A stretch of 64,000 nucleotides of DNA from NCBI GenBank assembly GCA_041659785.1, contig JBAZXO010000003.1, positions 1,099-65,098 on the forward strand. Reading direction: 5' to 3'. Source of the stretch: Minisyncoccota bacterium. Lineage in GTDB: Bacteria > Patescibacteriota > Minisyncoccia > Phycocordibacterales > UBA9973. Below the pieces are notes generated by a model. It saw only the letters and a list, made by a program, of their open reading frames with translations. It was not told the DNA's origin and searched no databases. Both the position numbers and the translations under genes were made by a program. This document shows, one piece after another, positions 38,535 to 48,897 of this stretch. The first letter of the stretch is position 1, and every line of letters starts with the position of its first letter.

Positions 38535-41297
38535 TTATCTTTTCGTCTTTTCTTTAATTATCGTTAAATAAAAAGTCGTACCTGATTTGATGTTCGACTC
38601 ACACCAAAGTTTACCACCACTTGATTCTATAATACTTTTTGCTAGATATAACCCGAGCCCGCTACCTTCAGGCTTAATCTTTGGTGAATTATCTCCACGC
38701 ACAAATTTCCCAAATTTTTTAATCTTTTCTAGGGTAGCACTATCAATAAATCCATCATTGTGTATAGAAATTAAATAATCTTTTTCTCTTTCACTAATTT
38801 TTAAATCTATATCCTTAGAATTCTCCTCGGAATAAACAATTGCATTATGTAATAAGTTTGATAAAGCTTCACTTAAAAAAAGCGGGTCACAATAAATATT
38901 TTTTATTTGTGATGGTATTGTAATTTTAATATTTTTTTTCTTTTTTTCAGTTAAATTTTTTAATGCCAAAACTAATTTATTAAATAGTTCATTTACATTA
39001 ATAATACTTTTATTCATTATTAACTTACCTGATTCAATCTTCGTAACGTTTAATAGATAATTAACTAAATTTATAATTCTTTTATTAGAAATTATTAAAT
39101 TATCTATTTTATCTTTTTGTTGAGGGGTAAAGTTTGAAGCATCCTTTAGGGTTTCTAGAATCCACTTGATTGCCGACAATGGGGTACGCAATTGATGAGA
39201 AGCCATAGAAAGAAAATCGTCCTTTGCCTGCTCAAGCTTCTTTAGAGAACTTATGTCTTGTGTATGGGTAACAAAATAAAGTGGCTTACCCAGAGCATCT
39301 CTTACTAAAGCAGTACTTATACTAACCCAAATAATATGTCCGTTTTTGTGTATATATCTCTTATCAAACTGCGCATAATCAATTTCACCCGACATCATTT
39401 TCTTAATAAATTCTGGACCTTTAGCTTTGTCGTCTATAAAAGTAATATCGCTAAAATTTTCATTTAATAATTCTTTTCTAGAATAACCAGTAATCTTACA
39501 CAAAGCATCATTAACCTCTAACCAACGACCACTAGTAGATACCACAGAAACACCAACAGCAGAATAATTAAAAATATTTCTAAAACGTTCTTCACTCTCA
39601 ATCAATTTATCTTCTGTTTTTTTACGTTCAGTAATATCACTTTGAATAGCTAAAAATCCAATAATTTTTTTATTTTCACCAAAGATTGGACTCATCATAC
39701 TTTCTACCATAATTAAACGTCCATTTTTTGCTTTATTCCAATGTTCATCTTTTACCACTTTTCCAGTAAGCAGATCTTTCCAAAGATTAACATATTCCTG
39801 ATGCTTTCTTAGCCCACTTTTTAAAACACGTGGAGTAACCTTTCCGACAATTTCAGCATAAGTATATCCGTAAGTTTTAGTAAACTCTGAATTAATGTAT
39901 GAAATTACACCATCTGTATTAGTTATATACATTACTTCACCAGAAGTTTGTACTGCTTTTTTAAACTTAGATACATCCTCACGAATACCATAAGTATTAA
40001 TACCAAAAGCAAGATCATCCGCTAACTCTTTCAAAATTTTTACTTCTTCAATGTTAAAAGAGTCTATTTTGTTTGAGTATATAGCGATCATCCCAAATGC
40101 TTTTTTGTTATTTATGAGCGGTAATGCAATACTTGATTGATAACCATATTTTAAAGCATTCTTTCTCCACGGAGTCATTGTTTTGTCTTTTGAAATTAAA
40201 CGCGAGATGTGGAATTTCATTGTTTTAATTGCCATTCCACTTGGTCCATTACCGTGTTTATTGTTTGCCCATGTCAATTTTGCTTTTTTAATATAATCAG
40301 ATCCAATCCCTGCATGAGCTACTGGCCGTATGGTCTTCATTTTATCGTGTTCTGCAAAACCAACCCATGCTAAAGAATAACCTCCAACTTCAACAGCAAT
40401 ACGACATGCTTCATTTAATAGTTCTTTGAGATCATTAAAATGAATTAATACTTGATTAATACTACTGACCATTTTTATTGCACGATTAATTCTTAAGATA
40501 TTTTCTTCTGCCTTTTTATTTTCAGATATGTCTCTTCCAATTGCTTGAAGATATGTATTCCCTTGTAAAACAAGCCTATTAAGAGCTATCTCTGCGTCAA
40601 AAAGACTACCGTCTTTTCTCTTGTGTTGCCAATAAAACCTCTGTGGCTGACCATTCAATGCTTTTTTTATATACATCAATGCTTTATCTTTTGAATATTG
40701 ACCATCTGGCTGTTTAATCGGAGAAAATTGTATCGGAGTATGGTTAACCATATCTGCCTTATCATCACAATTAAACATCTCTACGGCCTTAAGATTACAA
40801 TCCACAAAAGTACTTTTATCCATCAACCAAATAGCGTCATTGGCACTTTCAAAAAGACCATGAAATCTCTCTTCGTTGTCTCTTAAAATATTCTCAAATT
40901 TAACTATGTCAGTTATATCTCTAAAGACTCCCTGAAGATAACTTTTATTTTCAACTTTAATTAATTTGGCATTTACAGAAACTGGAATTCTTTTTTTATT
41001 TTTTGTTAAAATCTCTGTGCGTAAAACTCCTCCTTTTTTTATTTGATTCACAAACCCCATCATTGTCTCTTTCACCTTATCCTTTGGATGAAGTTCTAGA
41101 GCCTTCATGGAAAGAATCTTCTCTCTAGAATACCCTGTAAGCTTTTCAGCTTTCTTGTTGCATTCCACTATTTTTTTTGTTTTTGAGTCAGCAATAAAAA
41201 TAGCATCTGCGACATTTTCAAAAAAGAATTTATGTTGTTCTACTCCATGAGAATTTATCAAACTACTTTTTGAATTTTTTACTTTATTTTTAACCAT
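38535..41297 (-). CDS. multi-PAS/GAF sensor histidine kinase (cytoplasmic)
   Basis: Several PAS-like segments, GAF-like middle, H-box SHQLRTPLSAIKW, C-terminal HATPase (NLLHNAIVYS...GSGLGLYLAKSII). 920 aa. Confidence 0.85.
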   Translation of the reverse strand: MVKNKVKNSKSSLINSHGVEQHKFFFENVADAIFIADSKTKKIVECNKKAEKLTGYSREKILSMKALELHPKDKVKETMMGFVNQIKKGGVLRTEILTKNKKRIPVSVNAKLIKVENKSYLQGVFRDITDIVKFENILRDNEERFHGLFESANDAIWLMDKSTFVDCNLKAVEMFNCDDKADMVNHTPIQFSPIKQPDGQYSKDKALMYIKKALNGQPQRFYWQHKRKDGSLFDAEIALNRLVLQGNTYLQAIGRDISENKKAEENILRINRAIKMVSSINQVLIHFNDLKELLNEACRIAVEVGGYSLAWVGFAEHDKMKTIRPVAHAGIGSDYIKKAKLTWANNKHGNGPSGMAIKTMKFHISRLISKDKTMTPWRKNALKYGYQSSIALPLINNKKAFGMIAIYSNKIDSFNIEEVKILKELADDLAFGINTYGIREDVSKFKKAVQTSGEVMYITNTDGVISYINSEFTKTYGYTYAEIVGKVTPRVLKSGLRKHQEYVNLWKDLLTGKVVKDEHWNKAKNGRLIMVESMMSPIFGENKKIIGFLAIQSDITERKKTEDKLIESEERFRNIFNYSAVGVSVVSTSGRWLEVNDALCKITGYSRKELLNENFSDITFIDDKAKGPEFIKKMMSGEIDYAQFDKRYIHKNGHIIWVSISTALVRDALGKPLYFVTHTQDISSLKKLEQAKDDFLSMASHQLRTPLSAIKWILETLKDASNFTPQQKDKIDNLIISNKRIINLVNYLLNVTKIESGKLIMNKSIINVNELFNKLVLALKNLTEKKKKNIKITIPSQIKNIYCDPLFLSEALSNLLHNAIVYSEENSKDIDLKISEREKDYLISIHNDGFIDSATLEKIKKFGKFVRGDNSPKIKPEGSGLGLYLAKSIIESSGGKLWCESNIKSGTTFYLTIIKEKTKR

Positions 41298-41307
41298 AAA
41301 ACAAACT

Positions 41308-43032
41308 TTATTTATTTATTTCACTTATATTATCAACAACGTAACGACGTGATTTTTCTAAATTTTCTTTCATCTTTTTAAGAGTGTATTCTGTTTCTGC
41401 TATTTCACTCTCACTAAATTTACAGTCAGCCGTGTCTTTAAGTAATTTATCTAGATCATTCCTTAAACCATCAAAAATATTCAAAACATCCCTTTCTGCT
41501 ATAGTTACTCTTTTTTCTAATTTTCTACGCCATTTATAATAAGTAAAATAACCTGCACCAAAAGCGCCCAATAAAATAACAATCAAATAAATAAAAAACC
41601 ACGTTTCACTTATTTCTAAACTACCCAGAACAAATACCGGCCTTTGTTTAACAGTAATACTCTCTGAGGTAGCAGGAAAACTTGAAGCCATATTTTTATC
41701 CCGAGCTGTCGCAAGTAAATTATATTCCCCAGGATTTTGAAATTTATTTATAAGAATATCCCAATTACCATTACTATCTACTGATGTGGTCTGCTCAGCG
41801 ACAATTTGCTTTTGACTATTTTGAACTTGAGCGATAATTTCTACTCCAAGAGAAGCTGTTCCTCCAGCATGAATTCCCTCTTCGTTGGCAACCATGCTAC
41901 GACTTACATAAGTAATCACTGGTGAAACAATTGGTAGAATTTCTAAAGTTTCAGTATCTGAAGTAGAATTTCCAGCTTTATCTACAGCTGAAACATTAAG
42001 CTGATGCTTCCCCGGAAGAAGTGGAAAAAATTGATATTTGGTTAAATTGGTACTGGCAACAATAACTCCATCTAAACGAACAATATAATTATCAATACCG
42101 GATGTTAGGTCACTACTAGCAAAATTAATAGTTGGCTTTGGCTCAGCAGTTTTAAAACCTTCATTAGAAATAATTTTAAAAGGATTAGGTGGTGTAGCGT
42201 CTATGGCTAAACGATAATGTAAAGTAGGACTCCAGCCAATATTATTTTCTAAACGTATATGAAGATACCACACTCCATCAGATAAGGCTGAGAAAATCTT
42301 ATTACCTAGTAATGCTTCAGCACTTGCTAGTGGTGTAAAAATAGGATTTTTATTTATAACCACAGCAGCACTTATAGTATCAGAGCTTATATTCCAGCTA
42401 GCCTTAAAACTAGCTGAGTGATTATTCCATTTTGTAGGATCTGGATAAAATGGAACACTGAGACCCATCTGGGCTGGTAACTCTTTTGCTATTGTTGCTG
42501 CTTTTTTTATCCTCTCTACATTCACCGCTTGAAAATCAGCAGTAGAAGGAATATTTATATCTAAACCCTTAGCGGTAGTGTAAACATTGCTTCCAGTTCC
42601 ATCACTCGCAGTTATTGCACCGTCAGTAATCCCCAATCTACCTACCCCACTACCTTTTACCCTAAAAGCTATATGCATCAGTTTAAGGCTTGCTCCAGTA
42701 AAACCACTTGTAGATCCTCCGACGAAATTTATTGAACCTTTAACATTATCAAAAACTGGTTCTTGTAACCAAAAAGAAAAAACAGAATTAGTGCGATCAA
42801 TATTTGTAACTTCTAACAAGTTGGCGGGGAAAAAAATCGTAGCTTGAGCAGTATTAACATCTTGACCCTCACTATTTATTGAAACTAATACTACTACATC
42901 ATCCTTGGGTGAAGTAATATTTTTTTCTAATGACAAGTCTAAGGTCGCAGCATGAGCTAGTATCGGCAAATAAAACAAGAAGCCTACTATAAAAACAATA
43001 AGACAAAATTTAATTTTAAAATAAAGTTTCAT
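41308..43032 (-). CDS. membrane-anchored surface protein with N-terminal cohesin-like domain, Ig-like domains, C-terminal TM helix and cytoplasmic coiled coil
   Basis: Signal peptide. Residues roughly 30-170 (DLSLEKNITSPKDDVVVLVSINSEGQDVNTAQATIFFPANLLEVT...LKLMHIAFRVKGSGVGRLGITDG) follow the cohesin beta-sandwich pattern. TM WFFIYLIVILLGAFGAGYFTYY near the C-terminus. Confidence 0.5.
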   Translation of the reverse strand: MKLYFKIKFCLIVFIVGFLFYLPILAHAATLDLSLEKNITSPKDDVVVLVSINSEGQDVNTAQATIFFPANLLEVTNIDRTNSVFSFWLQEPVFDNVKGSINFVGGSTSGFTGASLKLMHIAFRVKGSGVGRLGITDGAITASDGTGSNVYTTAKGLDINIPSTADFQAVNVERIKKAATIAKELPAQMGLSVPFYPDPTKWNNHSASFKASWNISSDTISAAVVINKNPIFTPLASAEALLGNKIFSALSDGVWYLHIRLENNIGWSPTLHYRLAIDATPPNPFKIISNEGFKTAEPKPTINFASSDLTSGIDNYIVRLDGVIVASTNLTKYQFFPLLPGKHQLNVSAVDKAGNSTSDTETLEILPIVSPVITYVSRSMVANEEGIHAGGTASLGVEIIAQVQNSQKQIVAEQTTSVDSNGNWDILINKFQNPGEYNLLATARDKNMASSFPATSESITVKQRPVFVLGSLEISETWFFIYLIVILLGAFGAGYFTYYKWRRKLEKRVTIAERDVLNIFDGLRNDLDKLLKDTADCKFSESEIAETEYTLKKMKENLEKSRRYVVDNISEINK

Positions 43033-43068
43033 TTTTTAAATTTAATAAAATTAATTAATAATAAGTGA

Positions 43069-46000
43069 CTAAAACTGACTATTTAAAGCTCCTATAAAGA
43101 TACTCAAATCCGCAGAATCAACTTTACCATCATTATTCATATCGAGACTTTGACGAAGCTTTGTGTCAGTAGAACTATAACGAGCCATAAAAATACCCCA
43201 ATCTTGAATATCAACCTTAGCATCACCATTCAAATCTGCCTTGGGCACAAAAGTATTAATTATAAGAAATCTTTTCTCTAAAGAATAATCTGATGCATTA
43301 CCTTTAGTATCTACTTGACGAACACGCAATGTATGAGTACCTAAATCAAGATGGAAAGTATTGTATGTAATATTATAATTACCATCATTGTCAGCTGTTA
43401 CCATTTGGCCTGTCTTCACACCATCTATCATTAAACCAATTTTATAACCAGGCATTGCCTGACCTGTTATACCCATAAACGTACCTCGAGTCACAGATGA
43501 CTGGATCAAATCAACAGTAGGAGCCATTAAAATAGTTTTAATTAATTTATCATTAACCCCCAAAGTAAAAACTTTTGTTTGAGCAATATTTTGATTTTTA
43601 TCATAAACGACAAGAGCAAAAGAATTAACACCAGACGGTAGCATACCATTATATTTCACATTAAAATTACCACTTGCTCCGCCCGTAGCACTAGCACTAA
43701 CAGGAACCTTTTCACCTTCCCTAATAGCCATTATCTCTATATCAGCATCTGGGAAAGCTCTACCAGAAAAAGAAACCGTCGGAGTAACCGCCCCTGAAAC
43801 TCCACCTCCCCCACCAAGAGATATAACTGGAGGGATAGCTGAAAAGACAACGTCACTAGTAGCAGAAAAATCAAGAGTTGTTGGTGGTACGACATCACTT
43901 AAACTAAGGTCAACTGTTTCAACCACAGAATCAGTAATATTTTTTGTACCTATGCCGTTTACAATATTTACAAGTCCCGCACCTGTAGCACTGCCTGAAG
44001 TGACTAGATTTATATTTCCATTAAAAGTATCGGCTCTATTGTCCAAATCATCGACTGCTTCAATAGTAACTATTGTTGTTTGTCCGACTTGAACATTAAG
44101 AGGATCTAGGATCTTAAACTTTGTGGCAACTATAGGTGCTGTTGCAACTGTAAAGCTATTAGATATTCCAGTTTCTGTTCCTCCTGTACGAGTTGCCGTA
44201 ATTGTAAACAATCCAACATTTGAAATATTTACTGTTCTAGAAGAAAGTACACCTAGAACAAAAGCTGGAGTTGTGCCACCACCAGACGAAAGTGTTCCAC
44301 TTGATGAGATATCAGCTGTTCCAATGAAACCAGTAGCGATATTCCCGAAGGTGTCTTTCGCAGTGATACTTATATCAAATGATGTACCTACAGTTTTTGT
44401 TGAAATATTTCCACCTCCGCTAGCTTCAACAATAAAACTAGAAACTGATGCGGGATTTATATTAATTAGGGATGTGCCATTCGTAATTATTATTCCAGGA
44501 CCAAATACAGGATTATCAGAGGCATATATATTTAAAGATCCTACGAGGGTTCCAGTAAGATATACATTAGTAGAGTTTGATCCTTCTAAAATAGAAATAG
44601 ATGTAATGGATGCACCACCACTTAAAGAATCATAAAAATTAGCTGTACCGACGGGTGCGTCATTGTATAAATGAATGGTATCAACGCCAGAAGTGACATT
44701 GTTGTCATATTGATCTTTTCGACTAATGGAATATGTAATTCTATCACCAGCTACAGCGCTAGAAGCTCCAGTCATAATAAATTTAGCAGTAGGTCCTGGC
44801 GTGAAAGTGATATTTTTTGTAGAAGAAACATCTAACCCACTTCCCGCCGTGTCTTCTAATGCAAGAGAGACGACTTCTGCTTTTGTATCAACAATATTAA
44901 TTGCGCCGATTCCACTTGTGATGGTAACAATTCCACCCGGAGTAAGACCAGGACCAGTAGGAGATGTGTGCAGTGTTACACTACCATTATAAGAAGTATC
45001 AATATTTCCAGCGCCATCTTGCATTTTTACTTCAATGGAGGCATTTACTCCAACTACCGTTGACACTGGATCACTAATAACAAAACGAGTAGCAGAAATG
45101 GGCGCAGCAGAAACAGATATAGTGTCTGTGATGTCAATAATACCTGTATTACCATCAGCAATCGGTGTACCATCAGAAACAGTAACATTAATATTGTAAT
45201 CACCTGTATCGTTTGAGTATAAATAAAAATTATTAGACGAAGATCCATTTGCAATTACAAGAGATGTGATAACAGCCCCATCAATTGCTGAGTCATAAAA
45301 TGCTGTGGTACTGACAAGTCCAAGATTGTGGTAAAGATAAACAGTTAAGTCGCCACTTGTGACAGCATTATTATGAGCATCAAAACGCGAAACTGTGTAC
45401 ATAGCACGACTTCCTACATGCATACTACCAGGATGATTTAATGTAAAATGATTTGTGAGTCCAGGAATGACTGTAAATGTTTGAGCATTTGATGTGCCGC
45501 CGCCTGGCGTGCCGTTTAAAACAGTTATATCAAAAGTTCCAGCGGTAATTAAATCTGTAGCTGGAATTGTGGCAGTTAATTCTGTCGAACTGACATATGA
45601 AGTAACTCGAGCAGATCCGGCAAAGTTTACAACAGAACTTGAGATGAAATTGGTTCCATTAACGGTCATAGTAAATTCTGCGTCACCAGAAATTTTTGAA
45701 GCTGAAGAAAGAGAAGTAGTGGTCGGAACTGGGTTAACGATAGAAAGTGTTTGAATATTCGATGTGCCACCGCCTGGAGTCGAATTAAAGACAGTAACGT
45801 TTATATTCCCAGTAGAGGATAAATCACTAGTTAAAATTGTTACGGTGAGTTGTGTATTATCAATATATGTAGTGGTCCGAGAAGATCCGTTGAAATTTAC
45901 TACAGAACCAGAGACAAAGTTTGTTCCATTAACTGTTAAAATAAGATTACTATCTCCTACATTTTTCGAAGATGGAGAAAGAAAAGTAATTACTGGAACT

Positions 46001-46815
46001 GGGTTTTCATTGACTGCAAAAGAAGCTACAACAGAAATATTAGCAGTGACATTTACATCAGTACGAATAGCAGTCAAAACTCCATCACTCCAAGAAGTGA
46101 AATGATATCCAAGATCAGGTGAAGCAATAACAGCTGTACCCGAAGCACCATAGTTCACTGTTTGTAGTGTGGTGCCGACAATTACACCATTGGCTCCTGC
46201 AGTATATGAGAGGGTAAAAGTAGGAATTGTATAATTTATCGTTATCCTAATATGATCTACAGAAGCTGTTATAGCATTTCCTTGTGTTGTATTTTTATAT
46301 GCTGATAATGCTAATCCAAAATTAGTATTATTTATATCGGATGGTGTCCATGTTTCTCCCCATAAATCAGAAATACTACCATACGTTGTATATGCATCAG
46401 ATGTTCCCCACCAATTTGCATTTGATTTATCAGTTACACTAATTGTGCCACCTTTTATAATTCTTACTCTGTAATCTTTAATTCGTGATGCGCTGGCAGA
46501 TTTTTTTTCTACTTCCACGGTAATACCATTTATAGTTGCTCCTGATGGAATTGCAAAACCAAAATTTGTTGCTTTCAGATAATGACTTATTTGATTATCA
46601 TTAAGACTAGCTGTCGCATTACTATTATTAGAAGAAATAATGTTACCGGGATTTGACCAAGAAATAGTCCCCACAGAAGAATCATCTGTACCAATTACTG
46701 GATTATTTGGTCCGCTTGTAGTCGCTTCAGCTTTTGAAACAAAACCAAAAATAGAAAAAATGGCAAGTAAAACTAATAAGGCAAAAAATATTTTTTTATT
46801 AAAATATAGAGACAT
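43069..46815 (-). CDS. large secreted multi-Ig/IPT-domain protein with Listeria-Bacteroides repeat and C-terminal type-I dockerin
   Basis: Signal peptide. IPT-like PVITFLSPSSKNVGDSNLILTVNGTNF (x2), LSYTAGANGVIV...GYHFTSWSDG (Flg_new-type repeat). C-terminal DLNGDAKVDIQD...DMNNDGKVDSADLSIFIGAL (two Ca-binding dockerin segments). Confidence 0.75.
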   Translation of the reverse strand: MSLYFNKKIFFALLVLLAIFSIFGFVSKAEATTSGPNNPVIGTDDSSVGTISWSNPGNIISSNNSNATASLNDNQISHYLKATNFGFAIPSGATINGITVEVEKKSASASRIKDYRVRIIKGGTISVTDKSNANWWGTSDAYTTYGSISDLWGETWTPSDINNTNFGLALSAYKNTTQGNAITASVDHIRITINYTIPTFTLSYTAGANGVIVGTTLQTVNYGASGTAVIASPDLGYHFTSWSDGVLTAIRTDVNVTANISVVASFAVNENPVPVITFLSPSSKNVGDSNLILTVNGTNFVSGSVVNFNGSSRTTTYIDNTQLTVTILTSDLSSTGNINVTVFNSTPGGGTSNIQTLSIVNPVPTTTSLSSASKISGDAEFTMTVNGTNFISSSVVNFAGSARVTSYVSSTELTATIPATDLITAGTFDITVLNGTPGGGTSNAQTFTVIPGLTNHFTLNHPGSMHVGSRAMYTVSRFDAHNNAVTSGDLTVYLYHNLGLVSTTAFYDSAIDGAVITSLVIANGSSSNNFYLYSNDTGDYNINVTVSDGTPIADGNTGIIDITDTISVSAAPISATRFVISDPVSTVVGVNASIEVKMQDGAGNIDTSYNGSVTLHTSPTGPGLTPGGIVTITSGIGAINIVDTKAEVVSLALEDTAGSGLDVSSTKNITFTPGPTAKFIMTGASSAVAGDRITYSISRKDQYDNNVTSGVDTIHLYNDAPVGTANFYDSLSGGASITSISILEGSNSTNVYLTGTLVGSLNIYASDNPVFGPGIIITNGTSLININPASVSSFIVEASGGGNISTKTVGTSFDISITAKDTFGNIATGFIGTADISSSGTLSSGGGTTPAFVLGVLSSRTVNISNVGLFTITATRTGGTETGISNSFTVATAPIVATKFKILDPLNVQVGQTTIVTIEAVDDLDNRADTFNGNINLVTSGSATGAGLVNIVNGIGTKNITDSVVETVDLSLSDVVPPTTLDFSATSDVVFSAIPPVISLGGGGGVSGAVTPTVSFSGRAFPDADIEIMAIREGEKVPVSASATGGASGNFNVKYNGMLPSGVNSFALVVYDKNQNIAQTKVFTLGVNDKLIKTILMAPTVDLIQSSVTRGTFMGITGQAMPGYKIGLMIDGVKTGQMVTADNDGNYNITYNTFHLDLGTHTLRVRQVDTKGNASDYSLEKRFLIINTFVPKADLNGDAKVDIQDWGIFMARYSSTDTKLRQSLDMNNDGKVDSADLSIFIGALNSQF

Positions 46816-46956
46816 AAAATTTGGGTTTCAATACATAAACCAAAATCTAAAAATGTCATCAATCTCCGGGAGTTTTGTTACTATTTTATTATACCAAAAT
46901 ATATAGAATTACTAGAAAGTTATCCACAGGAAGAGCCCAATAAGAAGATATTTTTA

Positions 46957-47634
46957 TTAATTCGTCTCTTCTCTCACTATTTTCCCATCATCTAGGTGTA
47001 TTATCCTCTGCGCAAATTTACTAAATTCAACTTCATGAGTAACCATTATTATGGTCTGTCCTTCCTCGGCGTGTAATTTTTTAAAAATATCCATAATGAC
47101 ACGCGAAGACTCATTATCTAGATTCGCAGTTGGCTCATCGGCAAAAAGAATCTTGGGTTCATGGGCTATCGCACGAGCGATACTGACCCTCTGTTGTTCT
47201 CCACCAGAGAGTTGTCCAGGTAAATTGTTTAATCTTTTCTCTAAACCAACCAAGGTTAAATGCTCTATCGCTTTTTCATAAGCTATTTTTTCAGGAAAGT
47301 TTTGCATAAGGAGTGGTAGGGCAACATTTTCAAGTGCAGTTAATTCTGGAAGTAATGCATAATCTTGAAATACGTAACCCAATTCCGAAAGACGAAAAGC
47401 AGTTTTTTCTTCTATGGGAAGTGGCGCCATATTTTTTTCATTTATAAAAATCTCTCCACTCGTCGGTTCATCGAGCAAACTCATTTGATAAAGTAAGGTA
47501 CTTTTTCCAGCTCCGGAACGACCCATGATGGCAATGAATTCTCCACTCTTCGCCTTGAAATCTATTCCTTTTAGAACTTCTGTTGTGCTCTCCCCGTCTA
47601 TGAATGATTTTTTTAAATTTTTTATTTCAATCAT
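46957..47634 (-). CDS. ABC transporter ATP-binding protein (MacB/LolD/FtsE-like)
   Basis: Walker A GRSGAGKST, signature LSGGEQQRVSIARA, Walker B ILFADEPT. 225 aa. Confidence 0.85.
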   Translation of the reverse strand: MIEIKNLKKSFIDGESTTEVLKGIDFKAKSGEFIAIMGRSGAGKSTLLYQMSLLDEPTSGEIFINEKNMAPLPIEEKTAFRLSELGYVFQDYALLPELTALENVALPLLMQNFPEKIAYEKAIEHLTLVGLEKRLNNLPGQLSGGEQQRVSIARAIAHEPKILFADEPTANLDNESSRVIMDIFKKLHAEEGQTIIMVTHEVEFSKFAQRIIHLDDGKIVREETN

Positions 47635-47639
47635 AAAAA

Positions 47640-48896
47640 TTAATTTCTACCTAAAATAGAATCTAAGGTGTTTTTACGAACGACCAAACGCGCAGGAACA
47701 AAACCAGCAATAATTGTCGTAATCATTAGTAATCCTATTCGTAACATCGTTCCACTAAACGGAGCCACAAGTATCCCATCACTGAAAGTAAAATCAATCG
47801 GATGCACTCTCATAAAAGGCTGCAGAAATCCATAGAGAACAATAACCCCTATCACTGAACCACAAAATGCATAAAAGAAGGATTGAAGAATATATGAAAT
47901 CTCAATTGCTGATTCGTTAATACCAATACCTTTCAAAATACCAATAAATTTTCTTCTAGTTATCGCATTAATAAAGATAACAATAAAAATTGTGATCGAA
48001 GCTACGACAAGTCCTATAGAAGAGAGCATATTCCCAAGCAAAGCAAATGTATCTATCATGTCTTTAATAAATTTAGGCTGAGCATCAGCATAGGTTTGAA
48101 CTTTTGCAATCTTATCTACTCCATTTTGTTTTAAAATATCTCGTACAACCGTTGGATCGGCACCCTTTTTTAACTTAATAGATATTTCAGCCACATTATA
48201 ATCATTGCGACCAATCATACTTCTAAATTGAGAATCAATCATAAAAACTCTCATATTCAGTTCATCGACTTTCGCTTTTATGATTCCTTTTATGGTGACT
48301 TCACGCACTATACCATTTACACTCATACGAATTTTTGTACCTGGTGCAATATTTTCTAGTGTTGAAAATCCTGGAGAATCAATTGGTAAATATTTTTTAT
48401 CTAAAAATGACCCAATTAAAACTTGGTCATAATCCCCTGGAGCTAAATATTCTCCTTCAACTATAAACTTTGAAATATTAGTTACATTGTTCTCTGCGAC
48501 TGGATCGATGCCGACGATGGATGCTGCTGCAGTATTGGCTTTATCTTTTTCATTTGTGCGTGTTTTATAATTTGCCTCTAGAGTCCCCCTATCTAAATAT
48601 CTCGGAGTAAATGCTTCTACCTCTGGTATTGATTTTATGATGTTAATGACTTCAGGACTATTCTCTATGTATGTTTTGTTATTTAATGAAGAAATAATTA
48701 CGTCACTTGTGTAATTCGTACGCACTGCATCAACTGCTCCTTGAATGAGCCCAACTAAAATTCCACTCACCACCACAAGGTTAAGGAACGTAAAAAACAT
48801 CACGAAGATAATGAGTATCGTAGTCCATGGACTAGATCTTCTTATTTGGCGTTTTGCCAAAAAAAATCCAATACGAATATTTAATGAAGAAAACAT
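47640..48896 (-). CDS. ABC transporter permease (FtsX/MacB-like)
   Basis: N-terminal TM, large periplasmic domain, C-terminal 3-TM bundle. Start chosen at MFSSLN (ATG 48896) to avoid an 86-nt overlap with the adaptor gene. ORF-track start 48983 is the alternative. Confidence 0.65.
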   Translation of the reverse strand: MFSSLNIRIGFFLAKRQIRRSSPWTTILIIFVMFFTFLNLVVVSGILVGLIQGAVDAVRTNYTSDVIISSLNNKTYIENSPEVINIIKSIPEVEAFTPRYLDRGTLEANYKTRTNEKDKANTAAASIVGIDPVAENNVTNISKFIVEGEYLAPGDYDQVLIGSFLDKKYLPIDSPGFSTLENIAPGTKIRMSVNGIVREVTIKGIIKAKVDELNMRVFMIDSQFRSMIGRNDYNVAEISIKLKKGADPTVVRDILKQNGVDKIAKVQTYADAQPKFIKDMIDTFALLGNMLSSIGLVVASITIFIVIFINAITRRKFIGILKGIGINESAIEISYILQSFFYAFCGSVIGVIVLYGFLQPFMRVHPIDFTFSDGILVAPFSGTMLRIGLLMITTIIAGFVPARLVVRKNTLDSILGRN

Positions 48897-48897
48897 A

